Shown here: positions 19,764 through 30,351 of the stretch, piece after piece
Position numbering within the stretch: position 1 is the stretch's first letter
Layout of the letters: each line of letters starts with the position of its first letter
Virus record (IMG/VR): IMGVR_UViG_3300002835_000007
Coordinates: 62,001 to 126,000 of that record
Strand: one strand, 5' to 3'
Length of the DNA stretch: 64,000 bases
The notes under the pieces: generated by a model
Databases searched by the model: none
What the model was told of the DNA's origin: nothing
The model's input: the letters and a program-made list of their open reading frames with translations, nothing else
Made by a program: the position numbers and the translations under genes

Positions 19764-20025
19764 TGTTATGAAAATAGTTAAAAGTTGTTTACGTAGTACT
19801 GACGATATAAAATACGAGAGGGTATTAGAAACAAGTACACACATTTATTTTTATCCAATGGGCGACCACAAAGATAAAAAATTATTTGCTAAAAAACATA
19901 ATAGGGTTATGAATCTAATTGCCGAGGGTGATTATGTTGATAATGAGATAATGGAAATTTTTGCAAGTGGGAATTATAGTTGGGTAAGTAAGAAATTTGA
20001 AAATAAATTTGGAAAATTGAAATAG
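19756..20025 (+). CDS. hypothetical protein
   Basis: overlapping ORF. Confidence 0.65.
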   Translation: MINVMKIVKSCLRSTDDIKYERVLETSTHIYFYPMGDHKDKKLFAKKHNRVMNLIAEGDYVDNEIMEIFASGNYSWVSKKFENKFGKLK

Positions 20026-20063
20026 TTTATTTATCTTTGTTGAAACAATTAAAAACAAATATT

Positions 20064-20903
20064 ATGAGAAATGAATTTAACAATTTAGTAGAAACTTTAA
20101 AACGTTGGGACTTGTATCAAATAGGTGATGAAGTTGATATGGCGTTGACAGATTTGTCTGATAAGATAGCAGAAGTTGAAAAACGTATTGAATGTGTTAA
20201 ACGTACTAATGTTGATAGTCACGAGATACTATTTACTAATCAAGTTAAATTGGAAGAAAGTATTGGGTATGATAATGTAGAGATACTACAAAGAAGTGTT
20301 ACTGATATTAACATTGCATTAGATTTAACCATTAATGAACCAATAGAGTGTAATTGGTATGGTTTATTCGAAGAACCAAAAGAAGAAATAGAGGATAAAT
20401 TTAAACCTAGAAGTGTAGCAGAATATGTTGCAACATTACCCAAGGAAGAACCAAAGGTATTAATACCAAAAGATAGTATTGTTGAGTGGAAAGAAACAAG
20501 ACAATATTATAGTGTTAATGGTGGTGCTAAAGCGAGAGTAACCGAAGACTATACAACGGAACACGAAAGTAACGATAATTGTGTTAAAGTTGAATGGTTG
20601 GATGAAAAAGCAAATAACCAACAAAATGGTGGCTATTTTAGAGATATGTTTAAAGAAGACTTTGAGTTACCAAGTGTACCAACTTTTTTATGTTATTCAG
20701 ATGATAACCATAATATTGTAAAAGACATTATTGCGAAGTTAAAAGTAATTGATGTTGACGGAGAAACTATGCAGTATATCTTAAAGGAAGTTGGTATGGA
20801 AGACCAAATGTTAAGGCAACTAATAATGAGTAGTACTGAAAGTAATACAAAAGATTTGTTGGAAGAGAAACGAATTTTGAGTAACCAAGGTAAATTAGTT
20901 TAA
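20064..20903 (+). CDS. hypothetical protein
   Basis: start moved to ATG downstream of promoter. Confidence 0.75.
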   Translation: MRNEFNNLVETLKRWDLYQIGDEVDMALTDLSDKIAEVEKRIECVKRTNVDSHEILFTNQVKLEESIGYDNVEILQRSVTDINIALDLTINEPIECNWYGLFEEPKEEIEDKFKPRSVAEYVATLPKEEPKVLIPKDSIVEWKETRQYYSVNGGAKARVTEDYTTEHESNDNCVKVEWLDEKANNQQNGGYFRDMFKEDFELPSVPTFLCYSDDNHNIVKDIIAKLKVIDVDGETMQYILKEVGMEDQMLRQLIMSSTESNTKDLLEEKRILSNQGKLV

Positions 20904-20993
20904 AATAAAATTAAAAAGATTGGATGAATGTTATTGTTTATCCAATCTTTATTCTTATATTTGTTAAACAAACCAATTAAAACTTTAGAACCT

Positions 20994-21188
20994 ATGGATT
21001 ATAGTATGTATTTATTTAGCAACCTTATCAAATTTTATGACAAGGAATTTGCTGACGCTTGTTATGACGAGCAATGGGATGATTTGCCAAGTTTATATGA
21101 TGAGTATGACAAAAGCAAATTCAATGTTGACACCAAAGGTGAATACGAATGTATGGAAAATTTCTTAAAAGATAAGTACAACAAATAA
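20994..21188 (+). CDS. hypothetical protein
   Basis: start moved to ATG 20994. Confidence 0.65.
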   Translation: MDYSMYLFSNLIKFYDKEFADACYDEQWDDLPSLYDEYDKSKFNVDTKGEYECMENFLKDKYNK

Positions 21189-21264
21189 TTTAATAATAAT
21201 CCAATTTATATTTGGTAGATTGGATTATTATTCTTATATTTGTTAAACATTAAAAATAAAGATT

Positions 21265-21702
21265 ATGGGAAGTTTTAGTTGGAACAAAGCAGATGAATTA
21301 ACGAACACTGAAAATGTTGCTTATGGTACACCTTTTAAATTCTTAATACCAAAAGAATTTGGTGGTGGGTTTATCAAAGATTACTATCAAGATTATGGTG
21401 AACTAGGAACAAAAGAAATTAGTGGTGAACCTAAATACGATATGTATGAACTATTAGCATTTTGGAACAATGCAGAGGATTTGAAATTTGAGGGTGAATA
21501 TCCATTGATGAAACAAATTGATGAACATACTGATTACAATAGAAGTAAAGGTATTGACATTGGTTGTTACGATGAACAAATATTAAAACTTAAATACCCT
21601 TTAAAATTAGTTTCAGCTTCATTCAAAGGTACGTATGAAGATTTGGAGACTTGTAGTTTAGGTGACCCCGACCAAGGGTTTTTTCCAAGAAGAAGAAATT
21701 AA
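21265..21702 (+). CDS. conserved phage hypothetical protein
   Basis: MGSFSW...Y.DYG...D.YELLA.WN...DPDQG. Confidence 0.75.
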   Translation: MGSFSWNKADELTNTENVAYGTPFKFLIPKEFGGGFIKDYYQDYGELGTKEISGEPKYDMYELLAFWNNAEDLKFEGEYPLMKQIDEHTDYNRSKGIDIGCYDEQILKLKYPLKLVSASFKGTYEDLETCSLGDPDQGFFPRRRN

Positions 21703-21785
21703 AAATAATTTAAAAATAACCTATCAAATATTTGGTAGGTTATTTTATTTTTACTATATTTGTATTGTAATCAAAAACAAACATT

Positions 21786-22202
21786 ATGAAAACTAAAAGA
21801 GAATTAGCAGAAAAACAAATTGAGTTACAAAACAGAGTTAATGCAGTAGCAAGTATTAATATTGTAACGTGTGGAAATTGTGGTAGTGTATTATTACACG
21901 ATAGAATGGATTCTGAAATTGAATGTGCGTGTTGCAAGTCAGTAATGGATTTATCTGATTGTCCCGATTTATGGTATGAGGGTTGCCAAAATAATAGTGA
22001 GTTTGACGAAGAAGAAATCTTAACAAAACAAATTAGTGTTGAAGACGTTGTAAGGGTTGCTATGGATTTAAAAATGAATCCGAGTATTGCAGAGATTAAC
22101 GAAGTATTAAAATACTACGATAGTGAAGCAGAGGAAGACAAAACGGCAACGTGGGAATTGATTGTGGAGAACTTATTGTATAATTGTGTTGCACCAAAAT
22201 AA
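21786..22202 (+). CDS. zinc-ribbon protein
   Basis: VTCGNCG...ECACC. Confidence 0.7.
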   Translation: MKTKRELAEKQIELQNRVNAVASINIVTCGNCGSVLLHDRMDSEIECACCKSVMDLSDCPDLWYEGCQNNSEFDEEEILTKQISVEDVVRVAMDLKMNPSIAEINEVLKYYDSEAEEDKTATWELIVENLLYNCVAPK

Positions 22203-22283
22203 TTTAAAATAAAATAACAAAAGATTTGGATAATCGAAATATTATCCTTATCTTTGTTTCACAAACAAATTAAAACTAATATT

Positions 22284-22592
22284 ATGAATGACATCGCAAA
22301 ATTAAAAAGTTTAATATCTGAAGTTAAAGATATTGATAGACCAAAGTTTGACAGAGTATACAATGAAGTACTTTTTCCAAGAATGGTTAACGTGGCAGAA
22401 AAATGGAAAAAAAATGAATTGTCCATTGGTAGTTATCAAAATGATGATACACACAACAAAGTAGTTGGTGAATTATTTGATGATAGCAATCTACAAAGAT
22501 TGGTTGAAACCAAAATGAAACCTTACCTTGAAGAAAAAGGATTCAAAGTTGTTATTTGCAGTCCGAGTTATTATGTTTATATTCGTTGGTAA
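22284..22592 (+). CDS. hypothetical protein
   Basis: own promoter; start moved to 22284. Confidence 0.7.
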   Translation: MNDIAKLKSLISEVKDIDRPKFDRVYNEVLFPRMVNVAEKWKKNELSIGSYQNDDTHNKVVGELFDDSNLQRLVETKMKPYLEEKGFKVVICSPSYYVYIRW

Positions 22593-22667
22593 AATAAATT
22601 AAAAAAAGATTTGCATAAGTGAAAACTTATGCTTATCTTTGTTTCACAAACAAAAACAATAAGAGTT

Positions 22668-22931
22668 ATGGCAACAATGACAAAGACAGAATTTTTCGCA
22701 AAGTATGGTGGTGGATTGGTAGTGGCAGAAGAGGATAGTGTAGAATATGGTGACTATCTTTTTTTACACCCCGAAGAAATTGATAGGGTGAAAGAATTTG
22801 ATACGGAAGAGTATCAAGTTGTATCGGTACACGAAACCGAGGACGGAGAAGACATCGTTGATATGGGCGACATTGACTATGGTACACAACCATACAAATA
22901 TGGTTATTTTGTAATTGAAAAAGGAATTTAG
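22668..22931 (+). CDS. hypothetical acidic protein
   Basis: own promoter; start moved to 22668. Confidence 0.7.
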   Translation: MATMTKTEFFAKYGGGLVVAEEDSVEYGDYLFLHPEEIDRVKEFDTEEYQVVSVHETEDGEDIVDMGDIDYGTQPYKYGYFVIEKGI

Positions 22932-22934
22932 ATT

Positions 22935-23261
22935 ATGACACCAAGTGAAGTAAGAAACAAGTTAGAACTATTAGGGTTAATAGTGAATAACAAAGCAGTA
23001 TCTTTTACAAAGTTTAAGAGTATTGCAGACGCACACCAATATGGTAGCAGAGGGAATAAAATCTACATAGTATTTTATGGACACCCAAAAGAAAATATGT
23101 TTGCGTTTTATCCCCCACAAACGACTAAAAAAGAGTCTATGGATATAGCATACCAATATTATCTTACAATGGTTGAGAACGCAGATATAAACGAATTTAC
23201 CTATGGTAACGTTTGTTGGACTGATAGGGGTTATCCATTAAACTATCGCAAAGTGGGGTGA
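22935..23261 (+). CDS. hypothetical protein
   Basis: followed by terminator at about 23250-23273. Confidence 0.7.
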   Translation: MTPSEVRNKLELLGLIVNNKAVSFTKFKSIADAHQYGSRGNKIYIVFYGHPKENMFAFYPPQTTKKESMDIAYQYYLTMVENADINEFTYGNVCWTDRGYPLNYRKVG

Positions 23262-23292
23262 CCCACTTTTTTTGTGCGTGTAAAAAAATAAA

Positions 23293-23343
23293 AGGCACGT
23301 TGGAGTCTACTCTTCCATTCCCACGGCACGTCTAACTTGACAA
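23293..23343 (-). ncRNA. dispersed sRNA-like element copy 4
   Basis: CCGU-GGGA-AUGG + core; promoter CTTG-N20-AATCTTTG. Confidence 0.6.
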
Positions 23344-23475
23344 TACAAAGATTGCAATAATAATTGACATATGCAAGTAAAATAGCAAAAAAAATAATTT
23401 TATTTTTTTTTAATAAAAGTGTTGTGGGAATGGAAATAATTACTATCTTTGTAGAGAACAATTAAACAAACGATT

Positions 23476-23853
23476 ATGAAACGAATTAAAGTTAGATTCA
23501 ATTTAGGTAGAGGTAAGAACTTTATGAAATGGAAAGTTCAATACCCTAATGGTGAAGTTGAATATTATGACCCTACAAGCACTCAATTGGTGATGGTGAA
23601 TTGTCAGTTAGGCAACCATAAGAAAGTCGCTGAAAAGATTTATAATGGGGGTGAAAAAGTTGTGTGTGCGTGGGTATTGTGTGAATCAATTGTGATTAAC
23701 ACAAATAAGTTTTTACAACTTGATACCTATTGTCATAGAATTAAATACAATCCAAGGGTGCAACCAAATTGGTTGTTAAATGGTGAAGTAGTGGATAATC
23801 AAAAGTATGAACAAATTGGTAGTGTTGATTTTGGTTTATATAAAATAATATAA
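23476..23853 (+). CDS. conserved phage hypothetical protein
   Basis: KVRFNLGRGKNFMKW...K.VCAWV...YNPR. Confidence 0.75.
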   Translation: MKRIKVRFNLGRGKNFMKWKVQYPNGEVEYYDPTSTQLVMVNCQLGNHKKVAEKIYNGGEKVVCAWVLCESIVINTNKFLQLDTYCHRIKYNPRVQPNWLLNGEVVDNQKYEQIGSVDFGLYKII

Positions 23854-23924
23854 AACATTTTTAAAAAAGATTTGCATAAGTGAAAACTTATGCTTATCTT
23901 TGATAAACATTAAAACAAAACATT

Positions 23925-24137
23925 ATGAGTGAAGAAAAAGTTTATTTAGGACAAATTGAAAAAGGGTTAACAAAAGTAAAAGTATATTACAATCCGAATG
24001 GTTACGTAATTGACATTTACTTTAATGGTAGAATCCAAGCAGAGTGTGAGTTATTAGATGACGACCACGTATGGAGAGAATTGAAAGAAAGAGGTTTTAA
24101 AAAATCTTTTATAAAAGTTATAATTTCTATGTTATAA
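23925..24137 (+). CDS. hypothetical protein
   Basis: own promoter. Confidence 0.65.
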   Translation: MSEEKVYLGQIEKGLTKVKVYYNPNGYVIDIYFNGRIQAECELLDDDHVWRELKERGFKKSFIKVIISML

Positions 24138-24200
24138 ATTTGGAATTAACAAAAATAGTAATTATATTTGTAGTGTATTAATCAATAAAAATAAATAGTT

Positions 24201-25040
24201 ATGCCAAACTGGATTACAAACAACGTAAGAATCATTGCTGATGAAACTTTATTAGCAAAGATTAGAGAAGAAGTAAAAGGAACACCATATAGTAATGGTG
24301 AAGACAAAGAATTTGATTTTAATCAAATTGCACCAATACCAACTGAATTGGTAGGTACAACAAGTCCTTGTCGCATTATTACACAAGAGGAATACGATAT
24401 ACAAGAGGAACGTATTACCAAAGGTGAATTAACGGAAAGTGAAGTACGTTTTGGAGTATCGAGAGGTATTACAAAAGAAATGCACGATGATTTTATTGAA
24501 CGATTTGGTTATGCTGATTGGTATGGGTGGCAAATTAGTAATTGGGGTACAAAGTGGAACGCAAGTGATGTGTATTGGAGTGATGATAATGAGAGTGTAA
24601 GTTTTAATACTGCGTGGAGTACACCTTTCAACTTATTTTTAAAACTATCTGAAAAATATCCCGAAGCACGTATTGAAGTTGAATATGCTGATGAAGACTT
24701 TGGTTACAATGTAGGAACTTATACTTTGGTAGGTGGAGTTGAAATTGAAGAAAATGTACCCGAAGGTGGCACACGTGAAGCATACGAAATGGCTCTTAAT
24801 ATTCAAGGTGGTGAAGACTATTATTTAGGTGATGATTTTTGTGATGTAGATGAAGACGAGGAATTATCAAAGTTTACAAATTCAATGATTGAAATTGCAT
24901 ACGATAGAGATTATATGCCAACCGAGGATTGTGGCTATGCAAGGAATGTGTTGGAACGATTTAAAGAGATTGCGTTGGCAAATGAAAACTTTGAGTTGGT
25001 TGCAACAATACAAAAGGAATTAGAAAAAGTAGAAAAATAA
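24201..25040 (+). CDS. DUF1281/YubB ferredoxin-like domain protein
   Basis: MPNW, FDFN.I.P.P, WY.W...NWGTKWN, F.TAWS.P. Confidence 0.75.
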   Translation: MPNWITNNVRIIADETLLAKIREEVKGTPYSNGEDKEFDFNQIAPIPTELVGTTSPCRIITQEEYDIQEERITKGELTESEVRFGVSRGITKEMHDDFIERFGYADWYGWQISNWGTKWNASDVYWSDDNESVSFNTAWSTPFNLFLKLSEKYPEARIEVEYADEDFGYNVGTYTLVGGVEIEENVPEGGTREAYEMALNIQGGEDYYLGDDFCDVDEDEELSKFTNSMIEIAYDRDYMPTEDCGYARNVLERFKEIALANENFELVATIQKELEKVEK

Positions 25041-25118
25041 TTTAAAATAATGGCACTATCATTTGGTAGTGTCATTTCTTTTTACTATCTTTGTTATAAC
25101 AAATAAAACATAGAACTT

Positions 25119-25358
25119 ATGACAAACGGAGATTTAAACTTTGACATTGATAAAATCAAATGGAATCAAGAATCAATTGAGAATGATATAACTAAAATGG
25201 CTATATCAAAAGAAGAGGATTTTAATTTAGATTTTCCTTATCTTATTGATGTGGAAGATACAAGTTACTCTTATGCTACGGAAGAAGAACGAGATAATGA
25301 CTATGAAGAATTGTGTAAAATTTTAACAAAAAATACTCAAAAATATTTTTATAATTGA
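25119..25358 (+). CDS. hypothetical protein
   Basis: own promoter. Confidence 0.65.
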   Translation: MTNGDLNFDIDKIKWNQESIENDITKMAISKEEDFNLDFPYLIDVEDTSYSYATEEERDNDYEELCKILTKNTQKYFYN

Positions 25359-25399
25359 AATATTATACTTATCTTTGTTAAAACAAAACAATAGAACTT

Positions 25400-25648
25400 A
25401 TGAGCAAGCCAAGATTTTTTCAAGCAGTATTAAAAGAAGTAAAAGGAAATGTGTTAGACCACGTTTACCCTTATTTGAAAGGTGCAGACCAATTAACATT
25501 AGAAGAACGTATGGGTAGTTTTAACGCTAATTGTCCAGAGTGTGATTGTAATAGTTGGATTTTATTACCAAAAGAAAGTGTAGCAGTTACACAAGGTGGG
25601 AAACCATATTGTGAGTGTATGAATTGTGGGTTAATGACGCACCTATAA
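25400..25648 (+). CDS. zinc-ribbon protein
   Basis: CPEC...CMNC. Confidence 0.7.
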   Translation: MSKPRFFQAVLKEVKGNVLDHVYPYLKGADQLTLEERMGSFNANCPECDCNSWILLPKESVAVTQGGKPYCECMNCGLMTHL

Positions 25649-25728
25649 AATTATTAAAATAATCCAATTTATATTTGGTAGATTGGATTATTATTCTTAT
25701 CTTTGTTAAAACAATAAAATAAAACAAT

Positions 25729-26241
25729 ATGAAAATCGAATTGAAAAACTTAAAAGTTAATGTAGCGTTTAGTGAAGAAACAACTTGTTTTATTGCTGAC
25801 GTATTTGTAAACGGAAAGAAAGTTGCACACGCTAAAAATGACGGACGTGGTGGTTGCACCGACTATTATCCTTATGAGGGGCAAAGAGAGTTGTTAAAAC
25901 AAGCAGAATTATTTTGCAAAGGGTTACCAAAACGAGAATTTACCTTTGGAGATAAAACACACGAGTTTGACCAAACATTAGAAAGCGTTATTGATGATTT
26001 AGTATTTGCCAAAGAAAAAGAAAAAGAGCAAAAAAAGATTGATAAATTATGTGAAAACCATATTGTTTGGGGTAAACCTAACGGATATAGTTATAAACAA
26101 ATTTCATTCAAGGGCAATCCTAAATTTGCAGAGATTAAAAAATCTATTACGGGACAAAAATCGTTGGAAAGATTAATTGACCGAGTAAAAGGGGAATTGA
26201 AAGTTGGGGAAATTATTTTCAATAAAAATTTGGAATTGTAA
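25729..26241 (+). CDS. conserved phage hypothetical protein
   Basis: SEETTCF.A...NG...NDGRGG. Confidence 0.75.
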   Translation: MKIELKNLKVNVAFSEETTCFIADVFVNGKKVAHAKNDGRGGCTDYYPYEGQRELLKQAELFCKGLPKREFTFGDKTHEFDQTLESVIDDLVFAKEKEKEQKKIDKLCENHIVWGKPNGYSYKQISFKGNPKFAEIKKSITGQKSLERLIDRVKGELKVGEIIFNKNLEL

Positions 26242-26288
26242 TTTCTAATTATTATCTTTGATATTATAAATCAATTAAAACAAATATT

Positions 26289-26582
26289 ATGAACGTAGAA
26301 GAAGCAAAAGCAGTATTGAAAGCAAATGGTTACTTTGTAGATAACCTTTGGCACGTGGAAGACGTTAAGTCTAAATTCAATTGTGATGATGATGAAGCAC
26401 AATACATTTTGGAGCAGTCTTTGACCAATGAAGCAACAATGGAGCAGATTTGGTTTAGTATTGATGAATTTGGAGAAATGGAAAATTTAAAACAAGTAAA
26501 TGACGATGAAGAAGACCGAAAATTTGTTGATGAAAATTTGGAAGAGTTTAAAAAAATTGCAGAGCAATTAAAAAAGAAATAA
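26289..26582 (+). CDS. hypothetical protein
   Basis: own promoter. Confidence 0.7.
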   Translation: MNVEEAKAVLKANGYFVDNLWHVEDVKSKFNCDDDEAQYILEQSLTNEATMEQIWFSIDEFGEMENLKQVNDDEEDRKFVDENLEEFKKIAEQLKKK

Positions 26583-26656
26583 AAATATATCCCATATTAT
26601 TTGGTAGTATGGGATATTATTCTTATCTTTGTATTATAAATAAAACAACAAACATT

Positions 26657-26920
26657 ATGAAAACTTTAAAAATTAAAACGGCAGATTTTATCAATTGGAT
26701 GTATAATAGTGGTGCAGACCAAGACCAAGAGGATATGGCGTTAAACTTAGGTTATAGAATCATTGAGGGATTATTAGACGGAGGTATAACAATTATGCCA
26801 CAAGAAATTTTAGATGAGTGTAATCAAGATATTATACCTTTGAGTATTGTTATAGGGTACGAAAATTCTGATGAGGAAATTGGTGAAGTATTTGATGACT
26901 ATGAAGTTGAACTAATCTAA
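26657..26920 (+). CDS. hypothetical protein
   Basis: start moved to 26657. Confidence 0.7.
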   Translation: MKTLKIKTADFINWMYNSGADQDQEDMALNLGYRIIEGLLDGGITIMPQEILDECNQDIIPLSIVIGYENSDEEIGEVFDDYEVELI

Positions 26921-26929
26921 TCAAACGTT

Positions 26930-27217
26930 ATGAAAGCAGAAATCAAAATTAGCAGCAGTTATGGGTTTGACCATAATTGGACACTAGAAGTATCAACACC
27001 TAAAAAGACTAAAAGTTTTTATTTAGGACAAGATGTTAAGTTTTGTAATAGAGTGTTGGGAATGGAACCAAGTTATATTATAGAGCAAATTGGTACACGT
27101 GAAATTGACCAAGGGACTATAGGGAATAAAAAGTTAGCAGAATTCATTTGCAAGCGTTTAAATGTAAACGGACGAACAATGACTAGTATTGAACCATGGG
27201 GTTTGTGTGCACAATAA
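26930..27217 (+). CDS. hypothetical protein
   Basis: FYLGQDVKFC.RVLG. Confidence 0.7.
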   Translation: MKAEIKISSSYGFDHNWTLEVSTPKKTKSFYLGQDVKFCNRVLGMEPSYIIEQIGTREIDQGTIGNKKLAEFICKRLNVNGRTMTSIEPWGLCAQ

Positions 27218-27243
27218 AATATTAACTATAAAACTAAATCAAA

Positions 27244-27447
27244 ATGGGAATCGAAGAATTATGTATACGAAAAATAGAAAGTGGTATTAGAGCATTAAAA
27301 TTCAAAAGTAAAAAACCAAGTGAGTTGAATCTTTCTCAATACTTTGAAAAACTTAAAAAAACAAATGAGGGTATGCACGATGACTTATTTGAAAAGTATC
27401 GTGGAGCATTAAAAATTTATAAAGAAAGTTTCGAAAACGTTTGGTAG
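27244..27447 (+). CDS. hypothetical protein
   Basis: ORF with A-rich leader. Confidence 0.65.
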   Translation: MGIEELCIRKIESGIRALKFKSKKPSELNLSQYFEKLKKTNEGMHDDLFEKYRGALKIYKESFENVW

Positions 27448-27496
27448 ATTAAAAAAAGAATAGTACATTTGTAGAAACAACTAAACAATACAAGTT

Positions 27497-27703
27497 ATGA
27501 AAGTAAAAGATTTAATTAAACAATTAGAAAAAATTGAAAACCAAGACGCTGAAATAAATTTATTAGGCAACATTGGACACCCCGAAGACGAAGACACCGA
27601 TATGTATTTTAACTTTTTGGAACTTTGGGATGATGGTGAAGAAAGCATTACATTATTTGTTGGGTTAACACCCGAAAATAATAAAGAAACTATTTGCGAG
27701 TAG
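27497..27703 (+). CDS. hypothetical protein
   Basis: MKVKDLIKQLE pattern. Confidence 0.7.
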   Translation: MKVKDLIKQLEKIENQDAEINLLGNIGHPEDEDTDMYFNFLELWDDGEESITLFVGLTPENNKETICE

Positions 27704-27725
27704 TGTTTGTTTTGATTGATGGGAG

Positions 27726-27757
27726 AATGGGTGGTAGCAATACCACTCATTTTTTTT
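27726..27757 (+). terminator. intrinsic terminator
   Basis: AATGGGTGGTA-GCAA-TACCACTCATT followed by T tract. Confidence 0.8.
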
Positions 27758-27762
27758 GGTAT

Positions 27763-27830
27763 GGTTGCCAATGTATGGACGTGTTGGAGTCTAGTCTTCC
27801 ATTCCCACGGCACGTCTAACTGATTGACCT
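27763..27830 (-). ncRNA. dispersed sRNA-like element copy 5
   Basis: CCGU-GGGA-AUGG + AGACUAGACUCC; promoter TTAG...TACATTTG. Confidence 0.65.
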
Positions 27831-27929
27831 TACAAATGTAAGATAAAAAAAATTAATATCCTAACAAAAAAAGTTTTTTTATTTAAAAAAGATTTATTAT
27901 CTTTGTTGAAACAAATTAAATTAAAAGTT

Positions 27930-28262
27930 ATGGCAGACATTTATTCAGCACCGAAAGAAATTAAAGTACCTAACATTAATGGTACTATGCAGAAGTATGC
28001 AGAGGAAAGCAAACAATACATTGCAGACCTAAAACAACATATCAAAGATATGGGGTACAAAGGTAAAAACGTTGGGGAAATCGTTAGATTTGCAGTAGCA
28101 GACGGATACGCAGAGTATATGGTATTAAGTATGCGACCAATGAAACTTATCCACATACCATTAGATGACGCATATGAATTCCCTTATGCACATTTGATGA
28201 CAGCAAGTGAAATAACAAAGAAACTTGAAGGACAAAAAATGTTGGAACAATTATTTAAATAA
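27930..28262 (+). CDS. conserved phage hypothetical protein
   Basis: GEIVRFAVADGYAEYMV. Confidence 0.75.
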   Translation: MADIYSAPKEIKVPNINGTMQKYAEESKQYIADLKQHIKDMGYKGKNVGEIVRFAVADGYAEYMVLSMRPMKLIHIPLDDAYEFPYAHLMTASEITKKLEGQKMLEQLFK

Positions 28263-28350
28263 AATAATTTAAAAATAACACTATCAAAATTTGGTAGTGT
28301 TATTCTTTTATATTATCTTTACTATTATTAATCAATAAAACAACAAAACA

Positions 28351-28650
28351 ATGGCAACAAGAACATTTAAAATTGGAGAGTATTGCAAAGGGGGTATAAT
28401 TACCGTGAACGCAACAAAAACTAAAATTACCATTATTGGTAAAGAGTGGGACTACTCAAAAGGTAGCAACAAAGGTAGTGACCAATCCAACGCAAAAGAA
28501 TGGACACGCAGAGAGTTTAGTACAAAGTTTAGCAATCCTTATAGAGATATGTATAACTTTTTAAGCGACTTGACTACACACTATTATGCAGAGCAAATAC
28601 TGGAGTGGTGCGAAACTAAAAGTGATATGAATAAACAATTATTTTGGTAA
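28351..28650 (+). CDS. hypothetical protein
   Basis: TFKIGEYCKGGII. Confidence 0.75.
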   Translation: MATRTFKIGEYCKGGIITVNATKTKITIIGKEWDYSKGSNKGSDQSNAKEWTRREFSTKFSNPYRDMYNFLSDLTTHYYAEQILEWCETKSDMNKQLFW

Positions 28651-28721
28651 AATAATTAAAAAAGATTTGGATAAGTGAAAACTTATCCTTATCTTTACTG
28701 AAACAAATAAAACAAAAACAA

Positions 28722-28997
28722 ATGGAAGCAATTTATATATCCCCAATTGGAATGAAAGTTTATGATAATGGTGATGACATTACCATTACGGGCAACCCTA
28801 AAAAAAGCATGACTATAAAAGAGTTTGAGAGTGCTTATGACTTTGAAGAGTTTATACAAGAAAAGATAAATTGTAAAGGCATTGAATTTGATAGCGAGTT
28901 TTGTCAGTTTTTCGCTTATGCTAAAACAAAGCAAAGTGCTATTAAGTTTGTTAATCAAATAGAAAAACATTTTGAAAAAGTTAGAAAAATGTTGTAA
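28722..28997 (+). CDS. hypothetical protein
   Basis: own promoter. Confidence 0.7.
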   Translation: MEAIYISPIGMKVYDNGDDITITGNPKKSMTIKEFESAYDFEEFIQEKINCKGIEFDSEFCQFFAYAKTKQSAIKFVNQIEKHFEKVRKML

Positions 28998-29353
28998 ATA
29001 AATTTGGTAGTTTGAAATAAATTACTTATCTTTACATAAACAAATAAAAACAATATATTATGAGAAGTTTAGCAGATTTAAAACAAGCATTGTCAGAGAA
29101 TAAGCAATTGGTTTGGAATGACCCCGACCCAATCAAAGGAAACGATTACACAATCAATTTCATTGAAGACATTGATGAAGAATTTGATAATGACGATTTT
29201 AGTATGTATCCTATTCTAATTCAATACAATGATTTTGGAAGTGAGGCACAAGTTTATCTACACGAAATTATTTTGAAAAAAGATTAAAATAAATTTGGTA
29301 GATTGAAATAATTTACTTATCTTTACATAAACAAATAAAAACAATATATTATG
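28997..29353 (+). repeat. about 65 bp near-identical promoter/leader direct repeats flanking gene 29060-29287
   Basis: AAATAAATTTGGTAG.TTGAAATAA.TTACTTATCTTTACATAAACAAATAAAAACAATATATTATG ending at 29062 and 29353. Confidence 0.85.
29060..29287 (+). CDS. hypothetical protein
   Basis: VWNDPD...ILIQY..GSEAQV. Confidence 0.7.
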   Translation: MRSLADLKQALSENKQLVWNDPDPIKGNDYTINFIEDIDEEFDNDDFSMYPILIQYNDFGSEAQVYLHEIILKKD

Positions 29354-30013
29354 GGACAGTATTACAAAGCAGTATTTTTGGCAGAGAACCAAAAACCAAT
29401 AGCAAGTGTATCATCTTACGACTTTGGAAGTGGTGCAAAATTAATGGAACATTCTTGGGAGAAAAATCCAATGGTAAGATTTGTTGAACGACAACTTATG
29501 GTTGCACCACAAAAACTTGTTTGGGCTGGCGACTATGCAGACGAGGAAGACCCAACAACACTTTCAAATGCTGAAATAAAATTATTAGCAGACGAAGAAA
29601 GTGAGTATTGGAATAGCAAAGTATTGAAAGAAAAAGGTGTGAACTTATATAGTTTATCTGATACTATCGGTAGAATTACACATACTGAAAGTGTTAAAAG
29701 CAAATATGAACACGATTACAAAGGGGTTGCACCTTTGACGGCAAAGTATTTGGTGAACCACGACAAAAAAGAATTTGTTAATAAAACCAAAACACCAAAA
29801 GATAGTGACGGATGGAAAATACACCCTTTACCATTATTGACTTGTGAGGGCAACGGCAGAGGTGGTGGTGACTTTTTTGTTAGCACCGAAAAGAAACAAG
29901 GCAACGTTGAGTTAATTGGAGTTTGGGCGAGAGATAAAATAAGTGTTGTTTCAAAAAAAGCAGAAATACCAAAAGGCTTTACTGAATTAGTATTTGACCT
30001 AATGGAAAGATAA
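29351..30013 (+). CDS. conserved phage hypothetical protein
   Basis: MGQYY, KLMEHSW, WAGDYAD, IHPLPLLT.EGNGRGGGD. Confidence 0.8.
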   Translation: MGQYYKAVFLAENQKPIASVSSYDFGSGAKLMEHSWEKNPMVRFVERQLMVAPQKLVWAGDYADEEDPTTLSNAEIKLLADEESEYWNSKVLKEKGVNLYSLSDTIGRITHTESVKSKYEHDYKGVAPLTAKYLVNHDKKEFVNKTKTPKDSDGWKIHPLPLLTCEGNGRGGGDFFVSTEKKQGNVELIGVWARDKISVVSKKAEIPKGFTELVFDLMER

Positions 30014-30107
30014 AATAAAATAAGGGTAAAATTAATTTTACCCTTTTTTGTTTGGAATATTGAAATAAATTACTTATCTTTGAAGAAACAAATAAACACT
30101 AGAAATT

Positions 30108-30350
30108 ATGGAATTTAAAGAATGGACACTTGAAGAATTTAACAGAATGTTAGATACCAATATTTTATCAACTGATACTTTTGCAGAAAGTGTTGATAAA
30201 ATAGATGAAGCAGAAGCAAGTTATTTTTATTTATCAATGAATAAAAAAGATTTGATAGATGCAATAAACGCTGAACGTATTGTCTTTGATTTATTAAAAT
30301 GTAATTTAATATTTGTAAAAGAAATTTGTTTATTTATAGCAACTTATTAA
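30108..30350 (+). CDS. hypothetical protein
   Basis: own promoter. Confidence 0.65.
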   Translation: MEFKEWTLEEFNRMLDTNILSTDTFAESVDKIDEAEASYFYLSMNKKDLIDAINAERIVFDLLKCNLIFVKEICLFIATY

Positions 30351-30351
30351 T

